Shown here: piece by piece, positions 1 through 14,799 of the stretch
Position numbering within the stretch: position 1 is the first letter of the stretch
How the letters are laid out: each line of letters starts with the position of its first letter
Assembly (NCBI GenBank): GCA_039545335.1
Contig: BCIN01000003.1
Location: forward strand, 2,241,060-2,305,059
Origin: Kondoa subrosea
Lineage: Eukaryota
Direction: 5' to 3'
DNA: 64,000 bases
The notes under the pieces: model-generated
Databases searched by the model: none
What the model was told of the DNA's origin: nothing
Seen by the model: only the letters and a program-made list of their open reading frames with translations
Translations under genes and position numbers: made by a program

Positions 1-2442
1 TTTGGTCGAATCTTGTGCTATCTGCTTACAATAAATGTCAATTGCCATTCACTTGGGGTGTAAGGCACTCACTGACTGCAAACTTCCTTTAATCTGATTG
101 GCAGATTCTGTCTCTTCCGCTTTCTTACTGACAGTATCTTCTCCCGAGCCTTGAACGGCCCTCGGTGGAGTAGGCATAGATGCAGCGCTTGAGGGAGTTC
201 CTTGATCTAACGATTTCGTTTCTTTCGTGCTGTAGATCGTGGAAAGCGGTGAAGGGACGCCCGGCTTCTTGCTCGCTGTCGGTTGCGGGTGCATGATAGT
301 TGGCTGTTCTGAGGCAGCTAGAAACAGACCCGGGAGGTGAACAGAGCGATATTCGGGCCGTAGAATCAATGTTGTGGTCGTAACAGTTTGTTCTTTGGCC
401 TTTTTGCGTTTAGTCTCACTGCGCGGGACTTGATCTATAATGTGGTTCTTTCTAAGAGCAACGGGAAAGTCTTTATGAGCCATATAACCCGCTTTTAAGC
501 TAAGTTGGCAAAATTGAGAAAGTTTGCAGGCAATTAATCGAAGAACTTACGCAAACATAGGCTGCAATAATTCCACAGCGGCTCTGTATATGCATCAGAC
601 CATCGCCAGCTGGTACGCTGATGCATGACATACAAGAGATCGGGAGAATCGATGCTGTCTGTGCCCTTCTGTTCGAAAACTTGCATAACAAAGATTGCTA
701 GCTGTATGGGAAGAGCAAGCTCGTGCCCATTGACAATTTCGTATTTTCGAACACCAGTCCAATAAGAAGCCAGGTGTGGTATCTTAAGAGGTCTGAAGGG
801 AAGCTTGAATGGCGCGTGCAATGGGTTCAGCGAAATCGTTGTCTTGTTGTCGCACGGCACCAAGCTGTCTGTTTCCGGTACAGCATCCTCTTCGCTCAGT
901 AGAACAGCAGAAGATCGTCGGAGAAAGGAGCTTGCCAGATGCGGTAGGCGTTGAAGGCGTTCAATATTCGGCTTTGGCGAGACAGAGCTGGATCCATTGG
1001 CTGGTACTTGTCGATCTACCAGAACTATTCCGGAATCGATGCAAGACCTGAGATAATTGTCTAACTGCATCGCTGTGAAGTCCTTCTTCCCTTGCGCTAC
1101 TTTGTGTTTACTCATAATAGCTCGAAGGTTCTCTAGCGTCATAGGCTGATGAGCGGCCAGCAATCCAGTCAGCAGTGCTTCCCTTGGATCGAGCATTTTG
1201 ACATTATGAAGCCACGGAATGGCTTTCCTGACGTAAGGTACGATGCTACTTTGAGGAATGACCTTGTGTACGAGTCCTTTGGCAGTTTCAGGGTCAGGCG
1301 ATCCGTCAACTGATGTTGTGCTGGAAGTGGAAGTAGACTGCTGGATTCCAGGTTTGCTGGAAACAGATACCGTAACTTGGCTGTGAGGCTTGAGTTTAGC
1401 AGGCGACTTAATGGGTGATGTTGGGATTGTCTTTGTCTCCTTCTTTACAGCATCCTTTAGAGACTGATCAAGAGCAAGTGCTGGTTTTTGAGTGGTCAGA
1501 GGATCAGGCTCTGCGCGACAGATCAGTATATATTAGGCTCAGGATTGACGGACTGACGGGAGGTAGCTACAAGCTGACCAAATTGCGAAGCCGCGCGGAC
1601 TTGAACACCTCGCGGATTGGATTTGTGTGCCGTATCAGTGAGTAGCTCCTCCCAGGTAATAAATTCATCGGCAGGCGACTCCGCCTATACCGAATGAAGC
1701 GAAGACTTAAGTGTAGTCGTGAAAGGCGCAATGCATGCATGTACATTACCGCCCACTGCGATTACGCGCGCCCCATGATTCTGACAGAGACCAAGGGTTC
1801 TGTTGAAGTCTTTGTCTCTAGACATCAAGACTACCCGAGCTGGCCCAAGCTGAGAGGTTGTCCAGTAAACCATGTCGCCGATCAAATGATGATCTGCAGC
1901 TTCTTTCTTGCCTCCCCCGGCTCTTCAGAGCTATCAGTCCAGATCGTGGAACAGGCTTTTCAGGCAGGTCAACATACTGAGGAGAATCGATCAGCTGAAT
2001 GCCGCAAGAAAAAGCCTGCTTTCGCAATTCGGGTGAGATTCCAGCAGTCATGTTTGCATAAAGGTTAAAGGTTGTGATGTATCCATCAGACAGCAAATTC
2101 TGAGACAACAATATGAGAACGCAAGAAAGCAGCCGGAATGGTACAGTCGCACTGCCTTCAGATTGCGCGCAATAGTTCGTATGTTGGCTGGGTTTGCAGC
2201 AAAATTCTCATGGCTTGCAAGTTAATATTGACACCATCAACGTTATGCATTTGCGAAAGCAGTCTGACATACTCCCAAAAGATGCCTGTTCTGAAGCCTT
2301 TGGAATTTGTTGCATGGTCAATGATTCGATGCCTGAACGGCCGTGCGAGGTCGTGGGCAGGTTTATTCAATTCAGGTCTCGTAGTGAAGGCCGTGAACGC
2401 TGCCTTTATTCTTTGCCAGAGCTTGAACTTGCCATTGTGCAT
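1..2442 (-). CDS. NYN-domain (PIN-like, LabA/MARF1-type) protein, multi-exon, 3' end probably outside or at the window edge
   Basis: Exon pieces give GIFWEY..., CGIQLIDSP, KKEAADHHLIGDMVYW, PARVVLMSRDKDFNRTLGLCQNHGARVIAV, matching NYN-domain motifs; the C-terminal region is low-complexity. Confidence 0.65.
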
Positions 2443-2758
2443 TCGAGGTTGAGGTTTAGGAAGAAGTTACACTCTAACTAACTCTTATGATATGGTAACG
2501 GAGCAACCCAGTAAATCATATCTTCGCTAACTTGCTCCGTACCTCGCGCGTGCACCTTCGCTTCGCTACGGGGCAGTCTATTGCGAGGTCCTGCGCTATA
2601 TCCAAGTAAAGGACTCTCGCTAACTTGTAAAACGCCGGATAATTCGATTCCTATTCCTATTGTTTAGCGCCGGCCTCCAGTGAGTATGATGGACAAAGCA
2701 TGCCGGTGTCGGTGTTTTACTGGGTTGCTCCGTGCCCATATCATATCATATCATGCCT

Positions 2759-5225
2759 TCAAACCAAACTCCTGCTTGCGAACTTGCCTGGACCAAAGTC
2801 TCTCTCCCCCAGCGCGTCATCCAGCACCTGCATCAAAGCCAAAGTCTGTGTCGGCAGGGGTGAGTACAATCGTAAACGAACACGTTATCAGAGCGAACTC
2901 GTTCTTCTTCCCAAGCTGAAGCAACTACCTGCACTCCAACTGGTAAGCCTGACATTGCTTCAGCATTGTATACACCCTTTGCACCATAGACTGCTGCATG
3001 AAGAATCTTCGTCCCGTATTTATTTCTGGCAGTCCATTCTGGCGAGACGCTATCCTTATTTGGATCGACTTTCGTCACTGGCACCACACCAACAGACGAG
3101 TCCACGATATTGAAAAGTATAGTCTCGATTGCAAGAAAAGCAAGCTGTTTCATCGACATGTTAGTAAGATATAATTTTTGGCTACCAGACTGCTTACATT
3201 CCAGCCAGAGCCTATCGGAATCGCAGGGACCGCTTGAGGTGGATAAATAAGACCGTCTAGAGCATTGGTGAGCATGACAGGGGGGCGTTGCTAAGTCGCA
3301 CCTAGTGCCAATTCTTTCCAAAGGAGTCGTCTGACCATACTGGCATATTCAGTCCTGGTCGCAGTTCAGTTCTTTGAATGACGCCTGTTTGTGGTGCCAC
3401 TTACCTTGCATGTTGTGCTTCAAGCAGGGCAGTAACAGACTTGTTTCCGGCTGTACCAAGGATGCTTGCAGTGACCGGATCAAACAAACCCACCAGTCTC
3501 GAGAGACCACTGAGGATAGTTGGCCCAACGAAGCTTTGTAACCGTAACAAGAACAGGAACCTGAAGAGCCTCTCACTTCGAGCTGCATAGCGCAAAATAC
3601 ACCACGCACTGTTCCGCCGGATCCTTTCCGATATGTGAGAGCAAGCCAGAATAGCCATCGGCACTTGACATGGCGACGAATAACCGCATAGCAGTGGTAT
3701 TATCAGTTATTCTGACTTCCACGCATTCGTGCCCCGCTTTGCGAAGTGCATCTACGCTCATATCAACAGCTCTTTGACACGCTGGTGATATAGCCAAGAC
3801 TAAGGAAAACAATATCAGGCATATACCTCACATGAGGGTAGCCCAGCTTTACATTCACTAGTCCGGACGTAACCGAACTTGAGCTTTTTAGGCAGTGTCA
3901 CCTCCCGCCAAGGTAAAGGCGGCATGGGTGCTTTACTGTGCCTCCAAAGACCTTCTTTCTGACAGCCATCGATCATGGTCTTGCACATCAATCGAAGATC
4001 TTCGACCGAGCGACCCATCGGACCGAAAGACGCCAGCACGCTTTCATATCCTGGGTTTAGGGGACGATTACCTGCAGTTGGAAAGCGGCCATGACAAGCT
4101 TTCAAGCCAAAACAACCAGCATAGTGCGCCGGCTGTATTCAGAGTGTCAGGTAAAAGCTTGCCAATTTGAGATTTACACAACCTACAATTCGCAGCGACC
4201 CACCGATGTCGCTTCCCATGCAGAGCGCCGAGGCATCTGATCCAGCAAGAACAGCTTCTCCGCCTACAATTAGGGGGTTCAAGGTTACTACGAGTAAAAA
4301 GTCTGGTTCATGAAATACCTGATGATCCACCAGAAGTATACTTCTTATTATACGGGTTGCTTGTGATTCCAAAAACAGGATTGGAGCACTGGAGGAAACA
4401 ATCATGCTATCAGCATTTCGTGAAGAACCGAATAGCAACGGCTTTTACATACCTCAAAAGCTAGCATAGTTTGCGGAATATTGGTTTTCGTGAAGATAAT
4501 ACCTCCAGACTGTCGAACGATGCGAGCTACGTCGCTGTCTTCTTTTGCTGGCTTATCACAGTACTTTGAAAAGCCGATGGAAGAATCATGCCCTTGGACA
4601 TCGAAATGATCTTTAAGACTGATTGGGACTCCGTGCAGTGGTCTGCAATGATCATCAGACAAGTGAGAAAGGAACAGCGATTTGCCTACCCTTCGCTTTC
4701 GCCTGTAAGTGCGAATCGAGCATCCATAGCTCTCGCTGCTTCCAATGCTTCGGCAAACATAATTTCGGTCTGATACAATCTTAAGTTGCATTGTTTAGAT
4801 CAATAGCACACTTACCAAGGGATTGCTAGCTCGCTGAGCTCGAATAGCTGAGCGGATATATGCTTGCAGGACTCTTTCCGCTGTCCAGCCTTCTTTCTGG
4901 TATACTGTCAGGCCAGAAGTTGCTTCTTTTTCTGATAACAATCACCTTGGCAGTGATATTGGACACGATTGCGGTAGCATCGCAAGACCTTTCGATTTCA
5001 CATGTAAACACTCTCGTGCTAATAGACAGAGGAGCAGACTCACAAGTAAGGCAGATCGTCAGCGACAGAAACGACAGGTATCTGCTTCTGTACCGCTTCA
5101 ATTGCAGTTCGACGGCTGTCATCTTTCTTTGTTCGAGCAGGAATAGCAGACTTGCTTGGAGGTTTAAATAACATGATAGCAGTGATAAGACCGATGGAAG
5201 TGAATAGATAGGTCTGAGAAGACAT
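2759..5225 (-). CDS. Amidase-signature family enzyme (FAAH/acetamidase-like), multi-exon
   Basis: PLHGVPISLKD, KTNIPQTML, GGEAVL..GSDIGGSLRI and GLPVGVQVV..WEEER motifs; hydrophobic N-terminus from the ATG at 5225. Confidence 0.9.
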
Positions 5226-5446
5226 TCTCGAATAACTTCTGGTGGGTACAAGGGATGCACAGCAAGAACGCTGAGTCAGGATTACTAAGGCAATATACGC
5301 AGCAACGGACACGTCCAAGAGGATTCGTCCTGAAAGCAAAGCTCGGGGATCGCTAGCGGCTGCTGGATATCAACAAGTCTGCCCTCATAAAGCTTGTTTG
5401 CAAACGCTGTTTGAGGTCATTTCAAGATCTCGTAGAATCTAGCGAA

Positions 5447-7155
5447 ATGGCTAGCAAAGGCTCTCTATCGTCTGTTGTGTCGAATCTGGTCCGAGCGCAG
5501 CATGGTGCTGCAGCAGATACCGTTCCAGCAGGTTTGTCTCGAAATGCACTTGGTCTAAATCGCAGAACTCTAATCTGGTATGCTGTTTACAGATGATTTG
5601 GATGCTTATGTCGCTGACATGCTGCTCAAAGAGGCTAAAGAACGTGAAGCTCGTTGGGGCAAAGAAGGTGTAGCTGTTTACTTTAGTGATGAAGAGCAGT
5701 AAGTTTCAGGCTTCTTGCGTTTGGTCAAGCCACTGATGCATACGATATGCTTCTTACAGAGACGGACCCGTTCACCGCACAAACAAGCGTTTCCTGAATG
5801 CAATGATCAAGAATGTAGACGATCACAATCAGGCTCTTCTAAAGCAAGAGAAAGAGCGTGAACGAAAGGAACAGCCTAGCAACCCGAGAGGCTCTGCTAC
5901 TCGCTTGTTCGCCTTAGCCAAATCCGGAATGATCAATAAACCCGCTGCTTCGACTTTCAAACGGAATTCCTCGTCTCGGAACGAATTTGATTCGAAGGCA
6001 GACGAGGATAGAAAGGGAAAGAGTCGATCAAGAGACTCGGATGACGATGAATACAAGTCTCGTAAAAGGTCAGACGAGCAAGAGGATGTCAGACATCCCT
6101 CGTCTAAAGGACTAAAATCCGAAAGAAGGCGCTCTCCTCGTCGTTCGGCATCACCTGAACCTGGCTCGTCGAGGAGGCGACGGAGATACTCAGCAGAAGA
6201 AGAAGAAGATTTGCGGACTAATGAAGACAATAGTTGCAGGAGCAAGCGGTCCAGGCCAGATGACTACTCAGGCTCGGAGCATCGTAGCTCGCGTAGACGG
6301 TCTAGAAGAGAAGACTATTCAGATGAAGAGGGGAACTCCCACAAAAAATCCAAAGGACGCGATAACTCGGAGGACCAAAGACGCGATTCTTCTCGTCGGC
6401 ATAGGAGACACCGGCGCTCTCATTGTCGCTCGGAGGAGGACGAAACAGAAGAGCGCACTTCTTCTCGCCGCAGTAAACACTCATCTAGGTATAAAGAGGA
6501 GACCAAGAGGTTAGTTTCCCAAGAACGAGAATTCGTCCCTCCGTCTGAACTCTCTGTAACAGCAGATCCAAGTCGCCTTCTCGTACACTCTCACCTACTG
6601 TCGCCCCATTACCCGTTCCTCGAGTCTTACCGCCCTCTCGCTCACCAACACCTCCGCCTCGACATGCAGCAACGGATTTTGTACCAAGTGCTGTAGCTGC
6701 ATCAAATGGCCCTAGTAAAATGGACAAATATTTCTCGGCTACCTACGATCCTCGCTTGGACGTTTCAGTTTCTGATTTGACCAACGAATCTGGTTTCATC
6801 GCTGAAGGAAATTTTGATGAATGGAGCAGGATGATCGAAATCCTGAAAGTGAGGAAAGAAGAGAAAGGATTCAGAGAAAGAGAGAGGGAGGAACAAAAGT
6901 TGATTGAGCGGGAAAAGAAACGGGAGGAGAAGAAGCGCAAGAAGAAGAAAGTCGCTAGTGAGGATGAAGTGGAAGGAATAAAGATCAAGAAAACGGCGAC
7001 TGTAGACTATGCTGCGGCATCCGGGGCTGCTTTGCTCAGCATTGGTGGATATGCGTGAGTTGGATCAGTCCGCTAGGTCTTCCATTTCTCACACGTTCTA
7101 CAGAAAAAGCAAGAAAGCTACGGAATGGGGATCAGGACCAGATCTGTCATTCTAG
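5447..7155 (+). CDS. Conserved fungal Arg/Ser/Glu-rich nuclear protein (hypothetical)
   Basis: Spliceable ORF chain MASKGSLSSVVSNLVRA...DLDAYVADMLLKEAK...RS-rich middle...MDKYFSATYDPRLDV; GT-AG introns join the frames. Confidence 0.7.
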
Positions 7156-7452
7156 CTATGAAATCAATTTTGTGCAATATCGTCGTCCTCAAGCCTTCCG
7201 CGAGTCAAATTTCCTCGTCGTACTTTCTTCTGCCCTCCAAAGATCGTTACCCAAGCATGAGGCTAATGGGCAAAAATGAGTGCTAGCTAAATCTCGTTGA
7301 AAAGCCTTACACTGAGCGAGAAGAGCGGTAGGATGCCATTCAAAGATGCAATCGAGCTCCCATGTCACATGACCTTACCGATGCACAGGAGGCTACGTGG
7401 CATTGAGCTTCAAGCATACATGGGCAACAGCGATTGCACATCTCATCTCATC

Positions 7453-8527
7453 TCATAGCTTGTTCTGTTCAGAAGATCCTTTAGCTAAATCAAAGTCGTG
7501 CTCCTTTCTCAGTCCGCTCCAAACCATCTTTCCCTGCTGATTCCGTTTCCAAGTTTGCCTTTCGATGAATTTCACTCTCCCAGACCGGTAGACGAAAACA
7601 TATGCTTGACTTCTCGTTCCATACATTCCTTTCATCCAACTTGGTTTTGCTTCAGTCGACTTAGCTTGAGCCACTGGAGCAGATTGTGGAGGTATGTTGA
7701 GACCGCAAGGTGATACACAAACAGTTGATCTTATTGTACCGAATGGATTTGTTGCATCCCAAGTGGCTGAAGGAGTACTATTGGCAAGGACACAGGGTCA
7801 CGTCACGGAGGGAAACGAACCGAGGACAAACATCAAACGAACCTCATTAACTCAAACAAATCCTCTTCCAGTCCTGAATCGCGTGCCAAAGCCGATCGAA
7901 AGCCAGCAGTACCATTCCTAACTTTCTCCCATACTTCACTCGTCTGACCATCTATAAATTCATCAGAAGGCAGAAAGTGACCGTTCGAAATGGATCCGAA
8001 GCTGAGATTCTGGCCTTGGAAGATGACCTTCTTCTCACTCGAAGAAGCAGAAGTAGGTGCTGGTCTATTTGAGATAACAACAAATGGTCCAAGAGGTAAT
8101 TGCGCGAGCAAGAGATTGAAACCAGCATAGTCGTCCAAATTACATATGGTGGAGACATATTGCTCCAAAGGCGAGTCAGAGCATAAGAAGTCATTGACTA
8201 ATGCGCCTCTTGACGGTCTTGGACTACCATCAGGTAATATAGGCGAAGGAGTAGGTTCGGTGAAGTTTGTTAACAAAGCCATTCGACCACTTCTGGTCAG
8301 ACCAAGCCAGCTTCCGCCTGCCACCAAGTCTATACCAGCCAAGATGTCAATTCCGTTACTTGTGCGCCATTGCGCTGCTTCCGTTGGACGATCAAAGAAT
8401 TCGTCTCTGTTGGATGCAAGAACGCTTGAAAAGGGTATTGGTGCAATGACAATCCAGCGCAAGGGTGAACGAACAAGGCTAGCTCAGGATGTGAGGCAAT
8501 ATTTGCCTGCCAAAATGCAATGCACAT
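7453..8527 (-). CDS. TANGO2/NRDE (DUF833) family protein
   Basis: N-terminal MCIAF, LASNRDEFFDRPT, GIDLVAGGSWLG, SRGALVNDFL, YGTRSQ motifs. Confidence 0.9.
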
Positions 8528-8626
8528 GAAAATCGAGTGCGCGGGGTAACGGTTTTTGGTCAAGGATGGGATCGATTGGAGTCGCTGTCTATTTCATTTA
8601 TCATTCTGTGAACCGAATCGGACGCC

Positions 8627-9885
<1,259 letters not shown>

Positions 9886-10191
9886 CGTGAGATGCGTTTG
9901 GTTGCGGAACAAGTTCTCTTTTAAAATCAATCACGGATCTTGCCTCGCTGGCTCCAATATTCTCACCGAGGCTGCCCGTATTGTGCTTCTACGTGCGCTC
10001 GCCTGTCACAGCTGGACTGGTGCCTGTGTATTATCGGGATCTGAGGGCAAGTCAATATCAATTTGACCGCCCTGACTTGAGGATTTTGCGTGGCCGCGCT
10101 TTCTCGCTCTCTCGTCTTGTTCTCACCTACAGTGTTAAATTACCACCGATACCAAACCTAGCCAAACCTTGCTTTGCATCATATAATCAAC

Positions 10192-11117
10192 ATGCTCCCA
10201 AGACTCGCTTTTTTCGCTCTCACCTTGCCTGCGATGGCTCAACTCAGCTCTTTACGTGCTACTATCCCTGGGTCTCTACATATGTGTGAACAAACAAACA
10301 TGTTCTTCTTCGACTCCAGCAACGATCGACCTTTGACCGTGGTCTTTCTGCCTGAAGGGAATGTGGACAATTCTTTACGAACTGGTACAATTGAATACTC
10401 TGCTATTGCTCAATACAACCCTTTGCAAGTCATAAGTGGTATCACTACTCCAGATGCTTCGCAATTTGACTTTACGTCAGTATTGAATCCGCTAAAGATC
10501 AGATGTCCGCAAACTGACGATAAAACAAGGCTAGATATAGCAAATGGACAAGCCTTTGAAGTGTTTGGGTTCATCGGGGGCGAGGGAAAGGCTCTTTCGT
10601 TGACTAGGACAGTCACCACTGCGCTACCCGGAGCTACTTCTTGCAATGCTGCAACAGCAATACCAACTGGAGTGTACGTGTGCAGTATTTGCCAGTAGAG
10701 TATTGCCTTATTCTCGTTCACAGAACTACTCAGGCCACTTCGTCTTCTAGGTCATCAGCTTCGAGCTCGACGGGCCCTGTAACAGGTAAGTGAACAAGAG
10801 ATATATCTGGCACCATGTTCTGATGCCAGTTATCGCTAGTTACCGTTACTGTCTACCCAAGTGCTCCTGCGTCTGCATCTTTCATCGACTCAGCATCAAA
10901 TCTAGCTTCTGCTTCTGCCTCCGCGTCAAGCCGTACATTGACTGGTCCACCTGCCGTTACGTAAGCATTCCCTTTTCACGATTGACAATGATTGAGCCCG
11001 CGCAGTCAATGTGTTCAACAATGCGCCATGCAATGTCAGCAAGTCTTCGCGCTGCCCTCGGCTTCAGTTTCAGCTTCAGCTTCAGTACATATGCGCAAAC
11101 GTGCGGATCTTTATTGA
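10192..11117 (+). CDS. Secreted Ser/Thr-rich protein (hypothetical)
   Basis: Signal-peptide-like MLPRLAFFALTLPAMAQ, a globular region, an S/T/A-rich linker, and a C-terminal QCVQQCAMQCQQ after splicing. Confidence 0.65.
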
Positions 11118-11341
11118 GCGTGAGCCCATTGGTGATACAAAGGACATTCGTCATATGCATATATCTATGTATGAATGGAGTGCAGAGCATTCAGAAAGCC
11201 ATGCAATTTTTTGAGACCCGCCAGTGCCGCGCCGATCGCATTAATTAGTCTCAGTTTTTTTTTCTTCTTCTTCTCCTTCTCAACCTAGATCTAGAGGACT
11301 CTCCGATTCTTAACTCTAGTTCATTCAACCGAAGAATCATC

Positions 11342-13206
11342 ATGCAGCACGAGATTGTTCCGGAAGCACATCCAGCAGCGATGCAAGAGTTGCAAGAGAA
11401 AAGCCAGCGAGAATCTGATGACATGGAACTTAAACATACTCCTGAGGCCGAAGAGAATGTTTTACCTACTTTGGGTAATTCCACAAGCATTGCTGGAGAC
11501 AAGAAACTTTCTGCGAATCCATTCTCGGGCAAGCAATCAAGACTCATGAGGATTTTCGAACTTGAGCTGACAACAGGTATGCAGGCAAGGCTGATTTCCC
11601 TCCTTTGGATTGGTCAAGCAGGGCTGCTTTCTCTGCTTCATTGAGAGAAAGGGCTCGATTGATCTTCACCAAACGATTTCTGCTCTGTGTACTTGCTGGT
11701 CAATTCTTGGCCGTTTGCATCACATCTACCAATGTATGCAGTACGGAACTTGCAAAAAGGAACTGGCAGTTGCCTACGTTCCAAACAACTATCGTTTATA
11801 TTACCCTCAACATATTATATACCTCTTATACTATATACTCTTATGGTTTCATGGTCTGGCTCAAGATGATCAAGACTTCGGGCTGGAAGTACTTCATCTT
11901 GGCTGCTATTGATGTGGAAGCAAACGTATGTTCGGATTGTATCTGGTTGAGATTTGACTCATCGGAACTGTCATTATCAAATAGTTCATGGCTGTTAAAG
12001 CATATCAGTCAGCCAGCAGTGCCGGTACAGCTACTGTTTATTCATCCGCTTCACAGGTATACCGACATTCTATCCGCGCAACTTCTTGTTAGTCCTGCCC
12101 GTCCAGCTCACTTGTCGGGTGCTAATACTTATGCCGATTAGAATTGCTGGGCAACTGTTTGTCACATCTTTCACATGTTGCCGCCACAGTCGTTTAATAT
12201 TTACTTGCTGGCTTGCAGCCCGTTTGCATCATTGTCGCCTATTTCTTGATGAAAGCGAGATACCATTGGTCCCAAGTTCTGGGAGTCCTCATCTGTATCA
12301 CTGGACTCGTCTTGACTGTTGTAGGCGACTACAAATTGAATGGTATTTATGGAGGCACCGAGAAAGTCAAGGGCAACTTTTTCGCCCTTGCAGCGTAAGT
12401 TTCACATACTTGGTCACATACTTGGCTGTATCGATGACTGAGCCGTTTGTACAGTGCTACACTATATGGCGTAAGCTTGCAAGTATCTGTTGTGACTATA
12501 GTAATTCACCTTCACGGTCTAGATGTCCAATGGCGCTGAAGAATTCTTGGTCCGCAACCGCCCTATGTACGAAGTTGTCGGTCAGCTTGGCTTCTTTGGA
12601 ACCATTAGTGGGTTTTGCATGTCGTGCCAGGTCGCGCCCTGACTCGGTTTACAGTTAGTGTCTGTCAAGCTGTTGGCCTAGAACATTACGAGATCGGTCA
12701 CGTTGCCAGTTGGAATGGGGCTACTGTAGGAATCCTGATTGCATATACTGTGTGAGTTCAGGCTTCGTTCAGCATTCGTTTCCTTACCCACATTTTCTTC
12801 TCTAGGGCGTTGGTTTCGCTTTACACCATTGCTCCACTACTCTTCAGAGCTTCAAGCTCGCCATTCTACAACTTGTCTCTGTTGACTGGGAACGTCAGTA
12901 CCAAACTATTTTACATAATCTATTAAAGGCTGATTTTGAGCTTTTCCCTTTTCAAGTTCTGGGGATTGTGCTTCGGTCTGGGTCTATACCATGCCAAGGC
13001 GTACTGGACATACGGTTTGGCCTTTCCTATGGGTAGGTCTTTGGTCTTCGTTCCGACATGATTGTTCATCTGTATCTTCAGTCGTCGTCGGTCTTGTCAT
13101 CTACTTCAGTTATCGCTCTCCAGTGTCGGAAGACAATAGGGGAATGGTTGTCAAGCCGCGAGGCAAGAAAGCTGCTGCTCAAGAGGCAAATGCTGCTGTA
13201 GTATAG
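11342..13206 (+). CDS. SLC35F1/F2-type (DUF914) solute carrier, multi-exon with microexons
   Basis: LAGQFLAVCITSTN, GWKYFILAAIDVEAN, AYQYTDILSAQLL, SNGAEEFLVRNRPMYEVVGQLGFFG, FYNLSLLT motifs. Confidence 0.88.
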
Positions 13207-13319
13207 ATGTTTGTTCTAGAAACACGCGTGGGTATGTGATGAGGAGGCCCGCCGTGGCAAATTCGATTTGGAATGGAACGGATCATATTACTACAAGCGA
13301 TTTGACAGTTCTACACACT

Positions 13320-14397
13320 CTATGTATCTCTTAACGCTGCTCCGGCCGCGAGTATTTCTGCCGCGAGAAGCGTGTCGTCTTCCGCATCATTCACCTCAGA
13401 CGTCGAAGACAGCTGCCGTATGGTCTTCGATTTGGCGTGCGCCTTCTCCAGAGCTTCTCCGCGTCCATTGAGCCGTTCCGCAAGTGCTGGGTTGCTGAAC
13501 TTGCGACTTGAGATTTAATATACCGTATGGACTAGTGGAACTCACAGCGCGTAAAGGTTATCGTACAACATGGGTGGATCGTGACCCTTAACCAGATGAT
13601 AACGTAGACCTGGAAGAGCAGATTGAAACATCGTCAAATGATATTCAACTCTCCAATTGTAAGAGTGAGTCTACCCGAAAGCTGTTTGTACGACTTCTTA
13701 CAGGTTTCAAGCGGGCAACTGCTCTCAGAAAGCATAAACATGAGCGAACAATGTTATTGCTACTGAAAAAACCCTTGACATACGGAAAACATTCACGAAC
13801 TTCTTCACCTACCAGAGCTTGATGCGGTGCTGCTACATCTTCGCCAGTCTTCGATGGACGACCCCGAGTTGGAGCAGCATGAGTATGCTTCCCACTTTCC
13901 GAAATGCATCAAACCACGCGGCGCCGGGTTGACAAAGAAGCTCACTCGGTGATAGAAGTAGTAATATGGTACTGGAAAACAAAATCAGCTATCAATTTGT
14001 AGCTTAAACATCGCAAGGCAAACCTTTAGGCCATTCGCGTTCTGCAAGTATTGACCTCAGTTCCCAGTATCTCAGGATAGATCTGCAGTGACTGCCATAC
14101 CTTATATGATCTATCACAAACAGCACACTTGTACCTATTGTTTGATCAGCATGTATCTTAGAATCCTTGTTTGACCTTGACTTACGGTCTTTCGTCCAGA
14201 TTACTATGTCCGCTTTCCCCTACAGATGTTCTAACATGATCTCGTAGAGCTGCCAAATTCTTATACTTGCAGGGGCAGACGTTACACCCAAAGACGGAAG
14301 TCGCTTGATCGTGATCCTCGCCTTCACTTTCCGCTTCGTCCCTCTTAAGACGTTTTGCCTCGCGCTCTGAGAAGCCTTGATTTGTATCTATTGCCAT
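13320..14397 (-). CDS. C2H2 zinc-finger protein (three Sfp1-like fingers), mostly invisible in the ORF track because of short exons
   Basis: Spliced translation FGCNVCPCKYKNLAALRDH, YKCAVCDRSYKNANGLKYH, FPCPLETCKKSYKQLSGLRYHLVKGH, using GT-AG introns. Confidence 0.8.
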
Positions 14398-14799
14398 ACA
14401 CAACCGAGCCTTGATAAGCTTCTTTGTCGCAAGAGTTACCAGATAGAATGGTAGAATGAAGAAGTAGCTCCGTATGAAGCCCTTGTTAAAGTGAAAAGGC
14501 TGGACAGAAGCGTTGAAATATACGAGATCAGACAGGAATGGTCGCTGGCGGTCAGCAAGAGGCCGCGAGGGGAAAAGCAAGAACGAAAAAAATTGAAAAA
14601 GTTTTTCTGCTTATGTAATGAGCTTACGTAAACAAATGAGGAATCATCTGTTCGAAGCCGCTTCGACAGAAAATGGTAGGAAAGCAAGCTTCAGATCTGC
14701 ATAGCGCGTATGACGAAGCAATAGTGCTGAGACGGGCGACAGGTAGCAAGCAAAGAAACTGACTTGCACCGATGACTATTGACTTTTGGCATACTGTCA

